The translations under genes were made by a program, and so were the position numbers. A model generated the notes under the pieces. The model was not told the origin of the DNA, did no database searches, and worked only from the letters and a program-made list of their open reading frames with translations. Of a stretch of DNA of 64,000 bases, positions 37,642 to 47,261 are shown piece after piece. Source of the DNA: Actinomycetes bacterium (lineage in GTDB: Bacteria; Actinomycetota; Thermoleophilia; Solirubrobacterales; JACPNS01); contig JAEYBE010000033.1 of NCBI GenBank assembly GCA_023404495.1, positions 2,519 to 66,518 on the forward strand. Reading direction: 5' to 3'. Within the stretch, counting starts at the first letter, position 1. Each line of letters opens with the position of its first letter.

Positions 37642-38922
37642 TCAGCCAATCGGCCGGCGCAGCGCGCGCAGCAGACGCGATGCGGCGACCGCCAGCCAGG
37701 CGGTGCTGACGGCCGCGGCGATCGCCATCGCCCAGGCGGCGCCAAGCGCGCCGAGGCGATGGACGAGCGGCACAACCAACACTCCGTAAACGATCCAGGA
37801 GAGGATCTCCGCCGACGTACTCGGAAGCGGCGCGCCGCCGCCGCGCATCACGTCGCCGATGATCCGGCGGAAGCTCAACAGCAGCGCGGCGATCAGCAGG
37901 ACACGGGCGATCGGCACCGATGCCTCGAACTGCGAGCCGAAGAGGAATGGGATCAGCCAGCCGACGATCAGCTCGAGGCCGGCGACCACGATCACCGCGA
38001 ACCCCCCGGCGAGCGCCACGGCGTTCAACGCGGTCTTCACTGCATGATCGGTCCCGATCGCCGAGGCGACACGCGGGAACGCCACGACGCCGATCGCCTG
38101 CGAGACGAACTTGGGCAAGTTGGTGAACGCCGCCGCCCCCGCGTAGAGACCGAGCCAGTACGGCCCCGAGAGCGCGCCGACGATCAGGAGGTCGATCTGG
38201 AACGACTCGATCGGCGAGACCGCGCCGATCTGACCTTTCACGCCGTAGTCGAGCATTTCGCGGCGCGACACGCCGGTGTCGCCAGAAGGCGGCAGCCAGC
38301 GCGAAACGATCACCACCGCGACGACCGCTGTCACGCAGGAAATGACCGTGAAGGCGGCGGCAAACTCGCCGAGCCCGCCCAGGCCGACCAGTGCGAGGAC
38401 CACGAGCGCAATTCCGTAGATCGGGATCGGGATCGTCTTCAAGAGGTTGAACGCGAGGAAGCGGTGCATTCCCTGCAGGTAGCTCGTTGCGTACATCGCC
38501 ACCAGCAGGGCGGCGGTCAGCGGAAGCGTGATCCACGCCGCGAGGCGCGCGTGGCTCGGTTCGTCTGCGAGCACCGTCACGAAGAGCACCGCCGGGACGA
38601 GCAGAGCGACGCCGATCTGCGCGAAGATCACGCCGCGCAATTGGCGCAGCGTCTTGCGCGCAATCGACTGGTCATGCGCGACGAAGTAGGCGACCGCCAC
38701 CGGGATGCCGAGCGCGACGATGAACGACCCCGCGACGGCGATCGACTGGAAACCAGCGAGGTACCCGCGATCTTCCGGCCCCAGCACGCGGGCGGCGATG
38801 ATGCCGCTCAGAACCAGGCCGAGCTGCGCGAAGACACCCGCCGCGACGGTGCCGAGCATCGCGTTGTCGGCACTGGCGACGACTTGGCGCGGCAGTCTGA
38901 TCAGCTCGCGCAGCGAGGGCAC
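37642..38922 (-). CDS. oligosaccharide flippase (Wzx / MOP superfamily)
   Basis: The 426-aa protein has about 12 TM segments. Its N-terminus (GTVAAGVFAQLGLVLSGIIAARVLGPEDRG) is typical of polysaccharide flippases. Confidence 0.8.
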   Translation of the reverse strand: MPSLRELIRLPRQVVASADNAMLGTVAAGVFAQLGLVLSGIIAARVLGPEDRGYLAGFQSIAVAGSFIVALGIPVAVAYFVAHDQSIARKTLRQLRGVIFAQIGVALLVPAVLFVTVLADEPSHARLAAWITLPLTAALLVAMYATSYLQGMHRFLAFNLLKTIPIPIYGIALVVLALVGLGGLGEFAAAFTVISCVTAVVAVVIVSRWLPPSGDTGVSRREMLDYGVKGQIGAVSPIESFQIDLLIVGALSGPYWLGLYAGAAAFTNLPKFVSQAIGVVAFPRVASAIGTDHAVKTALNAVALAGGFAVIVVAGLELIVGWLIPFLFGSQFEASVPIARVLLIAALLLSFRRIIGDVMRGGGAPLPSTSAEILSWIVYGVLVVPLVHRLGALGAAWAMAIAAAVSTAWLAVAASRLLRALRRPIG

Positions 38923-38925
38923 CGG

Positions 38926-40110
38926 CTAGCCGCCCTCGATAGCGCGCTCATACATCTCGCGAAACTGCGGACCGACGACAGACCAGTCGTAGCGCCGCAC
39001 GAAGTCGCGTCCCGACGCCGCGACCCGCTCGCGCCGACCGGCGTCGCCAAGCAACTCGCCGAGCGCTGCGGCGAATGGCTCCGGACTCTGATCGGCGACG
39101 AGTCCGGCGTCCGCCGCCAGCACGTCTGGGGCGAGGTTCACGGCCGGGGAGATCACCGTCGCCGCGCCTGCCGCCATCGCCTCGATCACGGCGATGCCGA
39201 AGTTCTCGGAATGCGAGGAGAGCGCCCAGACATCGGCCGCAGCCAGTGCATCCGTGCGCTCCTCGCCGTAGAGCGCGCCGGTGAAGGTGACGGCACGCTC
39301 AAGGCCAAGCCGCGAAACCTGTGCCTCGAGCCCTGCAAGCAGCCCCTCGTCATCGGGCCCGACGATCGCAAGGTGCGCCCCCGGGTGCTCGCGCAGGGCA
39401 ATCGCGAACGCGTCGATCAGGACGTCGATCCCCTTCTTGAAGTTGAGCCGCCCCAGGAACATCACGAGCGGCCCTTCAAAACCATCGAGGTGACGCTGGC
39501 GGAAACGCGCGCCGTCGGCATCGGCCGGCGCCAGCCGGTCGATCCACAAACCGTTGGGCACGATCACCCGCGGCACCTGGGGAGCAACGTCGGATATCAG
39601 CTCCTGTTCGTCGGCCGTCGTCACGTGCAGCGCCGCGGCGTGCTTGAACATCGAGTTCTGCCAGAGCGCCGAGGTCGCTGCCTTGCGCGCGCGCCCGCGC
39701 TGGCGCAGGTATGGATCGAGCGCGCCGTGCGGCGAGACGATGTAGGGCACTCCCGCCTTACGTGCGGCGTGCTGCCCGGCATACTGGGGATGCAGCCAGA
39801 GCGAGTGCACATGCACGATGTCGAACTCGCGCGCAACCTCACGCAGCCGCCCCGCAAGCTCCGGCGAATAGAGCAGTCGCTGCGGCCACTTGACCGGGAA
39901 GAGTTCGTAGTCGAGTTTGTCGGCGTTTGGCGGTAGCTCGGACGGCTCGACGCTGCGCCAGTCGCCGGCCCACGGGGCCTTGCCAAGATCGGTGGCGAAG
40001 ATCGTCACATCGACGCCCTGTGACGCAAGCGACTCTGCGGCGTCGGCGACGACGGTCACCGGGCCGCCGAAGCGAGACGAGAACATCGGAACAACCTGGG
40101 CTACGCGCAT
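38926..40110 (-). CDS. GT4-family glycosyltransferase
   Basis: MRVAQVVPMFSSRFGGPV..HVHSLW..E..FGIAVIEAMAAGAATV (EX7E region). An alternative start is at 40140. Confidence 0.85.
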   Translation of the reverse strand: MRVAQVVPMFSSRFGGPVTVVADAAESLASQGVDVTIFATDLGKAPWAGDWRSVEPSELPPNADKLDYELFPVKWPQRLLYSPELAGRLREVAREFDIVHVHSLWLHPQYAGQHAARKAGVPYIVSPHGALDPYLRQRGRARKAATSALWQNSMFKHAAALHVTTADEQELISDVAPQVPRVIVPNGLWIDRLAPADADGARFRQRHLDGFEGPLVMFLGRLNFKKGIDVLIDAFAIALREHPGAHLAIVGPDDEGLLAGLEAQVSRLGLERAVTFTGALYGEERTDALAAADVWALSSHSENFGIAVIEAMAAGAATVISPAVNLAPDVLAADAGLVADQSPEPFAAALGELLGDAGRRERVAASGRDFVRRYDWSVVGPQFREMYERAIEGG

Positions 40111-40169
40111 CTGCAGGGGTTCCTCGGCGGCATCCTTCACCTAGGTTAGACCGGTAGACTGCGGCGCCG

Positions 40170-40892
40170 ATGGCAGCCCACCTGCGAAAGGCCAAGAAGG
40201 CCGCAAAGCTCGCGCGCACGCCGCGCTGGCGCGCTGCGCTCAGGCACGGGGTTGCCGCGACGATCGAGCACCAGGAGGTCGACTTCGGCGACGACTTCGC
40301 ATCCGTGCTCGATGTCGGCGGACACCACGGACAGTTCACGCTCTTCGCGCTCGAGCGCTTCCCGGCCGCGCAGATCGTCACATTCGAGCCGCAGGCGGAA
40401 GGCGTGGCGAAGATCCGCAGCGTGACGAGCGGCGAGCCCCGCGTTCGGATCGAGAACTTTGCGCTCGGCGAGCAGCCCGGTACTGCCGAACTGAACATCT
40501 CCAAGCGCTCGGACTCCTCTTCGCTGCTGCCAATTGGTGAAGGCCAGACCACCGCCTTCCCCGGCACCGAGGCGGCAACCACCGAGACGATCCAGGTCGA
40601 GACGCTCGACAATCTCCTGCCCGACGCGCCCGAGCGGCCCGCGCTGCTGAAGATCGACGTCCAGGGCTTTGAGCTCGACGTGCTCAAAGGCGGCCAACGA
40701 ACACTCAGTGCGATCGATGCCGTCTTCGTCGAGTGCTCATTTGTCGAGCTCTACTCAGGCCAACCGCTGATCGGCGAGATCGTCGCCTTCCTCGCCGAGC
40801 GCGGGTTCGCGCTGGCCGGAGTATTCGGCGTCAGCTACGACGCCCAAGGACGCTGCCTGCAGGCTGATTGCCTCTTCAGGCGCGATCAGTAG
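40170..40892 (+). CDS. FkbM-family methyltransferase
   Basis: VLDVGGHHGQFTLFAL..IVTFEPQ..LKIDVQGFELDVLKG. Confidence 0.85.
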   Translation: MAAHLRKAKKAAKLARTPRWRAALRHGVAATIEHQEVDFGDDFASVLDVGGHHGQFTLFALERFPAAQIVTFEPQAEGVAKIRSVTSGEPRVRIENFALGEQPGTAELNISKRSDSSSLLPIGEGQTTAFPGTEAATTETIQVETLDNLLPDAPERPALLKIDVQGFELDVLKGGQRTLSAIDAVFVECSFVELYSGQPLIGEIVAFLAERGFALAGVFGVSYDAQGRCLQADCLFRRDQ

Positions 40893-41566
40893 ATCATCAT
40901 TGACTTGCGCGTGAAGAACTTGGCGTCTTCAGGCAAGTCGGCGACGCGCTTGGCCGGCACGCCGGAGTAAAGACCCGGTTCTTCGTACATCCCGCGGATC
41001 ACCGATCCGGCTCCCACGACGGAGCGGTCGGGGATGTTTGTGCCGCCGAGGATCACGCAGTTGGTGGCGATCATCGTGTGGTCGCCGATGTCGATCGTGC
41101 CGGCAGTCTGAACGTTTTCGCGGATGTCGACGCCGTGCGTCATCAGGACGCATCGGAAGCCGGCGATTCCGGAGTACTCGCCCATCGTGATGCGGTTGTT
41201 GCAGTCGACGATCATCCGGTGCATGAACACCGAGGCGCGACCGATCTCCAGCGATGGATCGCGATCCTCCACTGCTTTGAAGAACTCAGGATTGTCCAGC
41301 GGCAGCGCCGTGATCCAGTTGAGCCGACCGATCGCGGCCTCTTCACGCAACACGACCTCGCGCAGGCCCCGAATGAACGTGAGGTGACCGATCACCGCGC
41401 CGCGCTCCATCACCAGGTGGTCGACGGCGATAAACGCAAGCCCAATCCGTGCGTCTGGATGAACCTCGTGTCCGTACAGACGGCGCAGGAGCTTCTGCCG
41501 TCGCTCGCCGGAGAGAAACAGCGACGACATCACGATCACCGATGCTTGGAACAAGATCTGCATCAA
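40886..41566 (-). CDS. hexapeptide-repeat (left-handed beta-helix) acetyltransferase
   Basis: IGDHTMIATNCVILGGTNIPDRSVVGAGSVI..SGVPAKRV is preceded by an N-terminal hydrophobic segment. Confidence 0.8.
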   Translation of the reverse strand: MMQILFQASVIVMSSLFLSGERRQKLLRRLYGHEVHPDARIGLAFIAVDHLVMERGAVIGHLTFIRGLREVVLREEAAIGRLNWITALPLDNPEFFKAVEDRDPSLEIGRASVFMHRMIVDCNNRITMGEYSGIAGFRCVLMTHGVDIRENVQTAGTIDIGDHTMIATNCVILGGTNIPDRSVVGAGSVIRGMYEEPGLYSGVPAKRVADLPEDAKFFTRKSMMIY

Positions 41567-41636
41567 GCCTCCAGTCGCTGCAAGATCGCGACGATGCTAA
41601 CAGGATGACCGCTCACCGCGAATATGCTGCCAGCGC

Positions 41637-43094
41637 ATGAATGCACTCGCCAAAACCGGTGCAAATCGCCTGAATCTGACGCCACCCGTGATGGTCGCGC
41701 TCGCGCTCGGCAGCGCGGTCACCGTGGTTGTCACGATCTTTGCGCTCGGCGCCTACGACAACGGCGTGCAGCCATCGCCGCTCTGGCTCGCCCCCTTTGC
41801 GCTGGTCGGCGCCTACTACTTCTTGCGGCCCGACTGGCCGCAGGCGCTGCCTGCTCGAGAGGCAGCACCACTCGACCGCGTCGCGCTCGCGCTGATGTCG
41901 CTGGCGATGCTCTTCATGACGATGAACGGGGTGCGTGCCGGCGGTTCGATGGCTGTCAGCGACGCCTTCCTGATCCTTGCCCTGGTCGCCGCGCTGCCCT
42001 CGCTCTTCTACCGCGACCTCGCCAGGCCTTTCCTGCCGCCGGCGTGGCTCACGATCCCCGCCGGCATCCTCGTCTTCGTCGGCCTCGTCTCGATGGTGTT
42101 CCTGTCGGACTCGCTCGTCTCGCTGGCCGGACTGCTGCGGCTGGTCGCCGCACTCCTGCTGGTGCCGCTCACCGTCGGGATGATCGGCGGGACGCAGCGC
42201 ACGATCGTCTGGCTCGTCGACCTCTGGATCGTCTCGGCGATGATCAACGCCGCTGTCGCGATCGGCGACTACGGACTTGGGCTCGGGATTGGCGAGGCGG
42301 TCACGCACGTGATCTCTGCCGGCCGCTCGACCGGCCTCACCACTCACTCGAATCACCTCGGTGTCGCGATGTGCATGACCACTCCGCTGATTCTTGGCCG
42401 CATGGTTGTTGCAAAGACGCGCTTTCAGCGACTGGTGTTCTTCGGCGCGCTGTGTGCGACTGGCCTTGCCGTGCTCTCAACCGGGTCACGCGGGGCGCTC
42501 GTTGCGTTCGTGATCGCCGCTCTGCTCGGAACCGCCGTACTGCCGCGCGAGATTCGCGGACGCACCTGGAAGTGGCTGCTGGTTGCCGGCCTGGCCGGGA
42601 TCGTTCTGGCTGCTGCGGCCTTCCGCGGCGAGGCGCTCAACTCGTTCAATCGCATCCTCGGCGGGTCGGCCGAGGTGCGCGTCAATGTCGACGAATCAGA
42701 CCGCGAGCGCAAGGACGCTCGCGACCAGGGCATCCACCAGTTCACGGGCAATCCGATCTTCGGCGCCGGGCTCGTAAACGCCCGCGATGCCCACCTGATC
42801 TACCTGCAGATGGCCGCCAGCAGCGGGTTGATCGGCCTGCTGGCCTTTCTCGCATTTTTTGCGGGCTCGATCGTCGCCGCCGCACGGCGCGCACGCGCTC
42901 CTGACCTCCCGCTGGCCGTCCGCGCGGTCGTGGCCTCCGCCGGCGCGGCAGTTGCGGTTTGGGCGCTCCTCGGGCTGGTCGAGAACCAGATCGCCGACCG
43001 CTATCTCTATGTACCGTCGGGCCTGATAGTTGCAGGCATCTGGTACGGAGTCCGGAATATCTCAAGGAATGAACAGCCTTCCGCCGACGGGTAA
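41637..43094 (+). CDS. O-antigen ligase/polymerase family (Wzy_C) membrane protein
   Basis: The 485-aa polytopic protein contains HSNHLGVAM..LSTGSRGALVAFVIAALLG..NARDAHLIYLQMAASSG. Confidence 0.8.
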   Translation: MNALAKTGANRLNLTPPVMVALALGSAVTVVVTIFALGAYDNGVQPSPLWLAPFALVGAYYFLRPDWPQALPAREAAPLDRVALALMSLAMLFMTMNGVRAGGSMAVSDAFLILALVAALPSLFYRDLARPFLPPAWLTIPAGILVFVGLVSMVFLSDSLVSLAGLLRLVAALLLVPLTVGMIGGTQRTIVWLVDLWIVSAMINAAVAIGDYGLGLGIGEAVTHVISAGRSTGLTTHSNHLGVAMCMTTPLILGRMVVAKTRFQRLVFFGALCATGLAVLSTGSRGALVAFVIAALLGTAVLPREIRGRTWKWLLVAGLAGIVLAAAAFRGEALNSFNRILGGSAEVRVNVDESDRERKDARDQGIHQFTGNPIFGAGLVNARDAHLIYLQMAASSGLIGLLAFLAFFAGSIVAAARRARAPDLPLAVRAVVASAGAAVAVWALLGLVENQIADRYLYVPSGLIVAGIWYGVRNISRNEQPSADG

Positions 43095-44556
43095 TTCGCC
43101 CGCCAAACCCCCCTCCACAGTCTTTGACGTATTCGGCATCCTCTGGCGCTGGCGCTGGGTGATCGTCGCGATGACGCTGCTGGCGTTCTTCGTCGCCGCG
43201 ATCTACACGATGCGCCAGACCAAGATCTATGAAGCCGAGGCCTCCGCGCTGGTCCAGCGGCAGTCGCTTGCCAACAGCCTGAACAACATCCTCTCGCCGG
43301 GCGCCCAGGCCAACGAGGGGCCGCGCGTGGTCACGGCCCAGGCGCAACTTGCCAAGTCACCGGTGATCGCCGAGCGCACGCTCAAGCAGGTGCCGAGCGC
43401 AAACCTCGATGTCGGTCAGTTGCTCGCGAGCGTCACCGTTGAGGCAGACGCCGGCAGCGACGTCCTGCACTTCAAGCTCCAGAACGAGAGCGGTCCGCTC
43501 GCGGTGCGCCTCGTGAATGTCTACGCGCGCGAGTACGTGATCTACTCGACCGAGCTTTCCAAGCAGAGCGCCGTGGACGCAACCAAGACGGTCCGCGCGG
43601 AGCTCAAGCGCCTCGCCGATTCCGGCGACCGCTCAAGCCAGCGCTACCTCCAGCTCCAGCGAAACCTCGACTCGCTGCAATCGGTTGTTGCACTCACGAC
43701 TCCGACGGCACAGGTGATCAACACCGCGACTGGCTACACGAAGGTCAAGCCGAAACTGATGATCGCGCTCGTGCTCGGTGCCTTCCTGGGATTCGGCCTG
43801 GGGATCGGCCTCGCATTCCTGCTCGAGGCGCTTGACCCGCGCTTGCGCTCGCCACAGGCAATCGCTGACCTGGTCGGGCTACCGCTGCTCGCGGTGCTTC
43901 CAGCGAAGACGAGAGGTCCTGAGCCCGTCACGATCCGCGGCCGCGACGAAGCGAGCACCGAGGCGTATCGCGTGCTGCTGGCAGCTGCCGAGAACGTCGC
44001 TGGCTCGCCGCTTCGCGGCATGTTGCTCGTGACCAGCGACTCTGACCCCGCTCGCGCGTCGGCCGCGGCGGTCAATCTCGCAATCGCCAGTGCTCGCGCC
44101 GGCCACGCGACGACGCTGGTGGACATCGGCTTCTCCTCGCCTGTGCTGACCACATTGCTCGGTGCTGCCGAGCACGCCGGAATCTCGGATGCGGTTATCG
44201 ACCGTCGTCCACTGCGCGAGACGATGCTGCCGATCAAGGCCGCCAGCAGCGGCGAAGAGACGCCGGCGCCGCTGCGATTCGTCCCGGTCGGCACGAAGTG
44301 CGAAGACCCGTCGGAGCTGATCGGCTCAGACGCGGTCAAGGAAGCGCTCGAAGACCTCGACGCCGGGGACGGAATCGTGATTGTCGACACCGGAGCCGTG
44401 GCGGGATCGAGCGGTGCCGTTTCGGCCGCGAGCGTCGCCGATCACACCCTGCTCGTCGGGTCGACCGAGAAGTCGCGCCCACAGGAGCTCGAGGAAGCCG
44501 GCCGCAGTATTGCGCTTGGAAAGTCCGAGGCGCTGGGAGTAGCCGCCTTCGACTGA
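43069..44556 (+). CDS. polysaccharide co-polymerase (Wzz-type) fused to a BY-kinase-like domain with degenerate Walker motifs
   Basis: It has an N-terminal TM plus IYEAEASALV, a second TM (LMIALVLGAFLGFGLGIGLAFLL) and a C-terminal P-loop-like fold. The Walker A position reads VTSDSDPARASAAAVNLA, with no GK[ST]. Confidence 0.75.
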   Translation: MNSLPPTGNSPAKPPSTVFDVFGILWRWRWVIVAMTLLAFFVAAIYTMRQTKIYEAEASALVQRQSLANSLNNILSPGAQANEGPRVVTAQAQLAKSPVIAERTLKQVPSANLDVGQLLASVTVEADAGSDVLHFKLQNESGPLAVRLVNVYAREYVIYSTELSKQSAVDATKTVRAELKRLADSGDRSSQRYLQLQRNLDSLQSVVALTTPTAQVINTATGYTKVKPKLMIALVLGAFLGFGLGIGLAFLLEALDPRLRSPQAIADLVGLPLLAVLPAKTRGPEPVTIRGRDEASTEAYRVLLAAAENVAGSPLRGMLLVTSDSDPARASAAAVNLAIASARAGHATTLVDIGFSSPVLTTLLGAAEHAGISDAVIDRRPLRETMLPIKAASSGEETPAPLRFVPVGTKCEDPSELIGSDAVKEALEDLDAGDGIVIVDTGAVAGSSGAVSAASVADHTLLVGSTEKSRPQELEEAGRSIALGKSEALGVAAFD

Positions 44557-44563
44557 CCCGCGG

Positions 44564-45802
44564 CTACTGCTGCTGGTAGACCCGCACGTAGTCGGTTTCC
44601 ATCGTTGAGCCGTCCTCAGTGGCGTAGTCGCGACCGATCGCCTGCTGGAGGATCAGGTACATCGACTCGCGCGGCACGGCGCTGCCCGTGTACTTCGGGC
44701 CGGGAATGCCGTCCATGAAGACCTGCACGCTGTTGGCGTCCCAGAGCAGTCCGTATGTGTGCCAGGTGTCGACGTAGTTGCTCGCGGTGTTGCCGAAGGG
44801 CTGGGTGCTGGATTCGATCGCGCCGCCGGAACCTGCCATGTGCGTAGAGAAGTACGGGAACTTCAGCTTGGCGGTGTCGAAGTACTCGAAGATGTCGATC
44901 TCCGGCGGCCAGCCGTCCTTGGCCGGCAGCATCCAGAAGGCCGGCCAGCAACCGTTGCAGGACGGGACGCGGATGCGCGACTCGACGTAGCCGTAGGTGA
45001 AAGAGAAGCGGTCCTTGGTGTTGACCATCCCGGTCGAGTACTTGTAGGTGCCCCAGTGCTGCGTCTCAAGCGGTGTTGCGAGCTTGCGCACCGTCTGCTT
45101 GAGCGCGCCGCCAGCGACCGTGGAGTTCTCCGGCATGTACCAGGCGCCCTCGAGGATGTTGTAGGGGAAGCCGCCCTTCTTCCAGGGCTGCCCAAAGTCG
45201 TTGATGCCCTTTGTAGTCCAGTCGTTTCGCTGGGGACTCCACTTGGACGAGTCCAGCGAACTGCCGTCGAACTCGTCGGAGAAGACCATCCGCCAGCTGT
45301 CGCTGGTGTCGCCATCGGTGATCCCGCCAAGGCGTGGGTCGGGGGTGGGCTCAGGGAGCGTCGGTGCCGGAGTCGCCTTGTTTGACCCCGATGGCTTGGG
45401 CTTTGAGCCCTTGCTGCGCGATGCATTCGAGATCACCGCGGAAATTCGGCGCGTGAAACTGCGCGAGGCGGCGACGCTGGCTCCGCGGGCGACCGCCCGC
45501 AGCGTGAATGTGTACTCGCCGTCGGCAAGCGCCGTGGTGTCGACGCGCGGCTTGAACGGGGCGCGGCCATCGACTGCGATGCGCGCCGAGCCGAGCCAAA
45601 CCTCGACACGCTTGACACGCTGCTTGAGGCCCTTGGCAAGACGCGGCTTGAAGGTCGCGGTGCGGCTCAAGGTTGCTCCGTCGCGCGGCGAGGCGATCGT
45701 GACGCGCGCGGCCGAAGCGCTCGAAGCCACAGCCAGAGCGCAAAAGAGAGCGGCCAGCGTGGAGGCGATCAGCCGAGTGGTGAGAAGCGTGGAGCACTGC
45801 AT
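44564..45802 (-). CDS. secreted GH16-family glycoside hydrolase with N-terminal Ig-like domain
   Basis: It has a signal peptide, then FSDEFDGSSLDSSKWS and the catalytic EIDIFE in WPPEIDIFEY, and ends DYVRVYQ. Confidence 0.85.
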   Translation of the reverse strand: MQCSTLLTTRLIASTLAALFCALAVASSASAARVTIASPRDGATLSRTATFKPRLAKGLKQRVKRVEVWLGSARIAVDGRAPFKPRVDTTALADGEYTFTLRAVARGASVAASRSFTRRISAVISNASRSKGSKPKPSGSNKATPAPTLPEPTPDPRLGGITDGDTSDSWRMVFSDEFDGSSLDSSKWSPQRNDWTTKGINDFGQPWKKGGFPYNILEGAWYMPENSTVAGGALKQTVRKLATPLETQHWGTYKYSTGMVNTKDRFSFTYGYVESRIRVPSCNGCWPAFWMLPAKDGWPPEIDIFEYFDTAKLKFPYFSTHMAGSGGAIESSTQPFGNTASNYVDTWHTYGLLWDANSVQVFMDGIPGPKYTGSAVPRESMYLILQQAIGRDYATEDGSTMETDYVRVYQQQ

Positions 45803-45935
45803 CGTGCCCCACCTATCGGCGGCTGTTCTAGACGCTCAGCAGCGCTTTAAACGTTTGTTCTAGTCAGACGTTGGACCGGCTGGACGTTTGTTCGAAACGC
45901 CCGGCCAACCGCTCAAGAGCGGCTAGGCATCGGCC

Positions 45936-47084
45936 TTACTTCGACTGCCAGACGCGGATGTAGTCGGTCCGCATCTCCGGGTTCCCGGCAGGCACCAGCC
46001 CGTCGGCGACCGAGAGCGAAAGGATCAGGTACATCGAGACCTGCGGAACCGCGGCGCCGGTGAAGACCGGTCCGGGCACGCCGTCAAGGAACGGCTGAAT
46101 CTTGGACGGGGTCCACAGGAAGCCGTACGTGTGGTACTGCCCGGTGTAGTCGGTCGCGGTTCCACAAGGCACCGTGAAGTACTCGAGGTTCGACTGGTTC
46201 ACGCCGTTTTCCGACCAGTGACTGGCAAAGAACGGTCGACGCTGCGATCCGGCCGTGTCGATGTACTCGAAGAGGTCCATCTCCGGCGGCCAGGAGACGC
46301 CCTGAGGGAGAGTCCAGAAGACCGGCCAGCAGCCGCGGCAGCTTGGCACCTTGACGCGCGCCTCGACATAGCCGTACTTGAAGAAGAAGCGGTGATTGCT
46401 GTTGATCATGCCGGTGGTCAGCGGGTAGGACTCGTATGGCTCCTGCTTGATCATCTGCACCAACGAGCCGCCTGAGACCGTGGTGTTCTCGGGCCGGTAC
46501 CAGGCGTCCTCACGGTCGTTATAGGGGTTTCCGCCGATGATCCAGTCGTCGCGCTGACTAATCCACTTGCTGTTGTCAAGCGCGTTCCCGTTGAAATCGT
46601 CACGGAAGATCATCGACCACTTCTTCTTCGACTTGGTGAGCGCGGTCGGCAGCGCGACGGTCTTCTTCTTGGTCGCCGACGGAACGGCGAGCTTGTTCGA
46701 TACGCGGATGTAGATCGAGCGCATGTACTCGCAGATCTGGCGGTTCGGACCCTTGGTTCCACGCTTCTTGACGAGCAGGCTGGCGCGCAGGACGTGCTCG
46801 CCGTTGTCAAACTTGCGCGTGTCGATCGACGCCGTGTACGGCGCACGCTTGTCCACCCCGATCCGCTGGCCGTCAACCCAGAACTCGACGCCCCAGACCG
46901 TCTTGATCAGCTTCTTCTTGATCGCAGTGCGCGCGGTGATCTTGCCGGCCACACGCTGGTTGTTGTAGGGCTTGGCGAGCACGAACGAGCCGTAGCTCGC
47001 CGCAGATGCGGTGGAAATGCCGCCAAGAACGAACAGCGCGGCGAGTGCCAACGCGAGGATGATTGGAAATCTGCGGGGATGCAA
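45936..47084 (-). CDS. secreted GH16-family glycoside hydrolase with N-terminal Ig-like domain (paralog)
   Basis: It has a signal peptide, then FRDDFNGNALDNSKW and EMDLFE in WPPEMDLFEY, and ends DYIRVWQ. Confidence 0.85.
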   Translation of the reverse strand: MHPRRFPIILALALAALFVLGGISTASAASYGSFVLAKPYNNQRVAGKITARTAIKKKLIKTVWGVEFWVDGQRIGVDKRAPYTASIDTRKFDNGEHVLRASLLVKKRGTKGPNRQICEYMRSIYIRVSNKLAVPSATKKKTVALPTALTKSKKKWSMIFRDDFNGNALDNSKWISQRDDWIIGGNPYNDREDAWYRPENTTVSGGSLVQMIKQEPYESYPLTTGMINSNHRFFFKYGYVEARVKVPSCRGCWPVFWTLPQGVSWPPEMDLFEYIDTAGSQRRPFFASHWSENGVNQSNLEYFTVPCGTATDYTGQYHTYGFLWTPSKIQPFLDGVPGPVFTGAAVPQVSMYLILSLSVADGLVPAGNPEMRTDYIRVWQSK

Positions 47085-47261
47085 AGTGAGAAGAATCGTC
47101 GGGGAAAGGGTGAAATAAGAAATAGCTCAAACTTGCGGACTCGTCAACCCGCAAGATTCAGGTCTTGCACATCCGAAAACCGTGGATAGCCTCAAGGTTG
47201 CGCGTCGGCGGAACTTTTCCTGCTTCCCCCGCCTGATCGCCGAGGCGCAACTCGATCACAA

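Noticed and set aside
37594-39936. 780-aa plus-strand ORF, the longest unexplained ORF in the track
   Set aside because: It lies entirely antisense to the homology-supported flippase and GT4 genes. Its translation is an R/D/E/H/G-rich low-complexity string with no recognisable motif, which is the usual shadow ORF of high-GC DNA.
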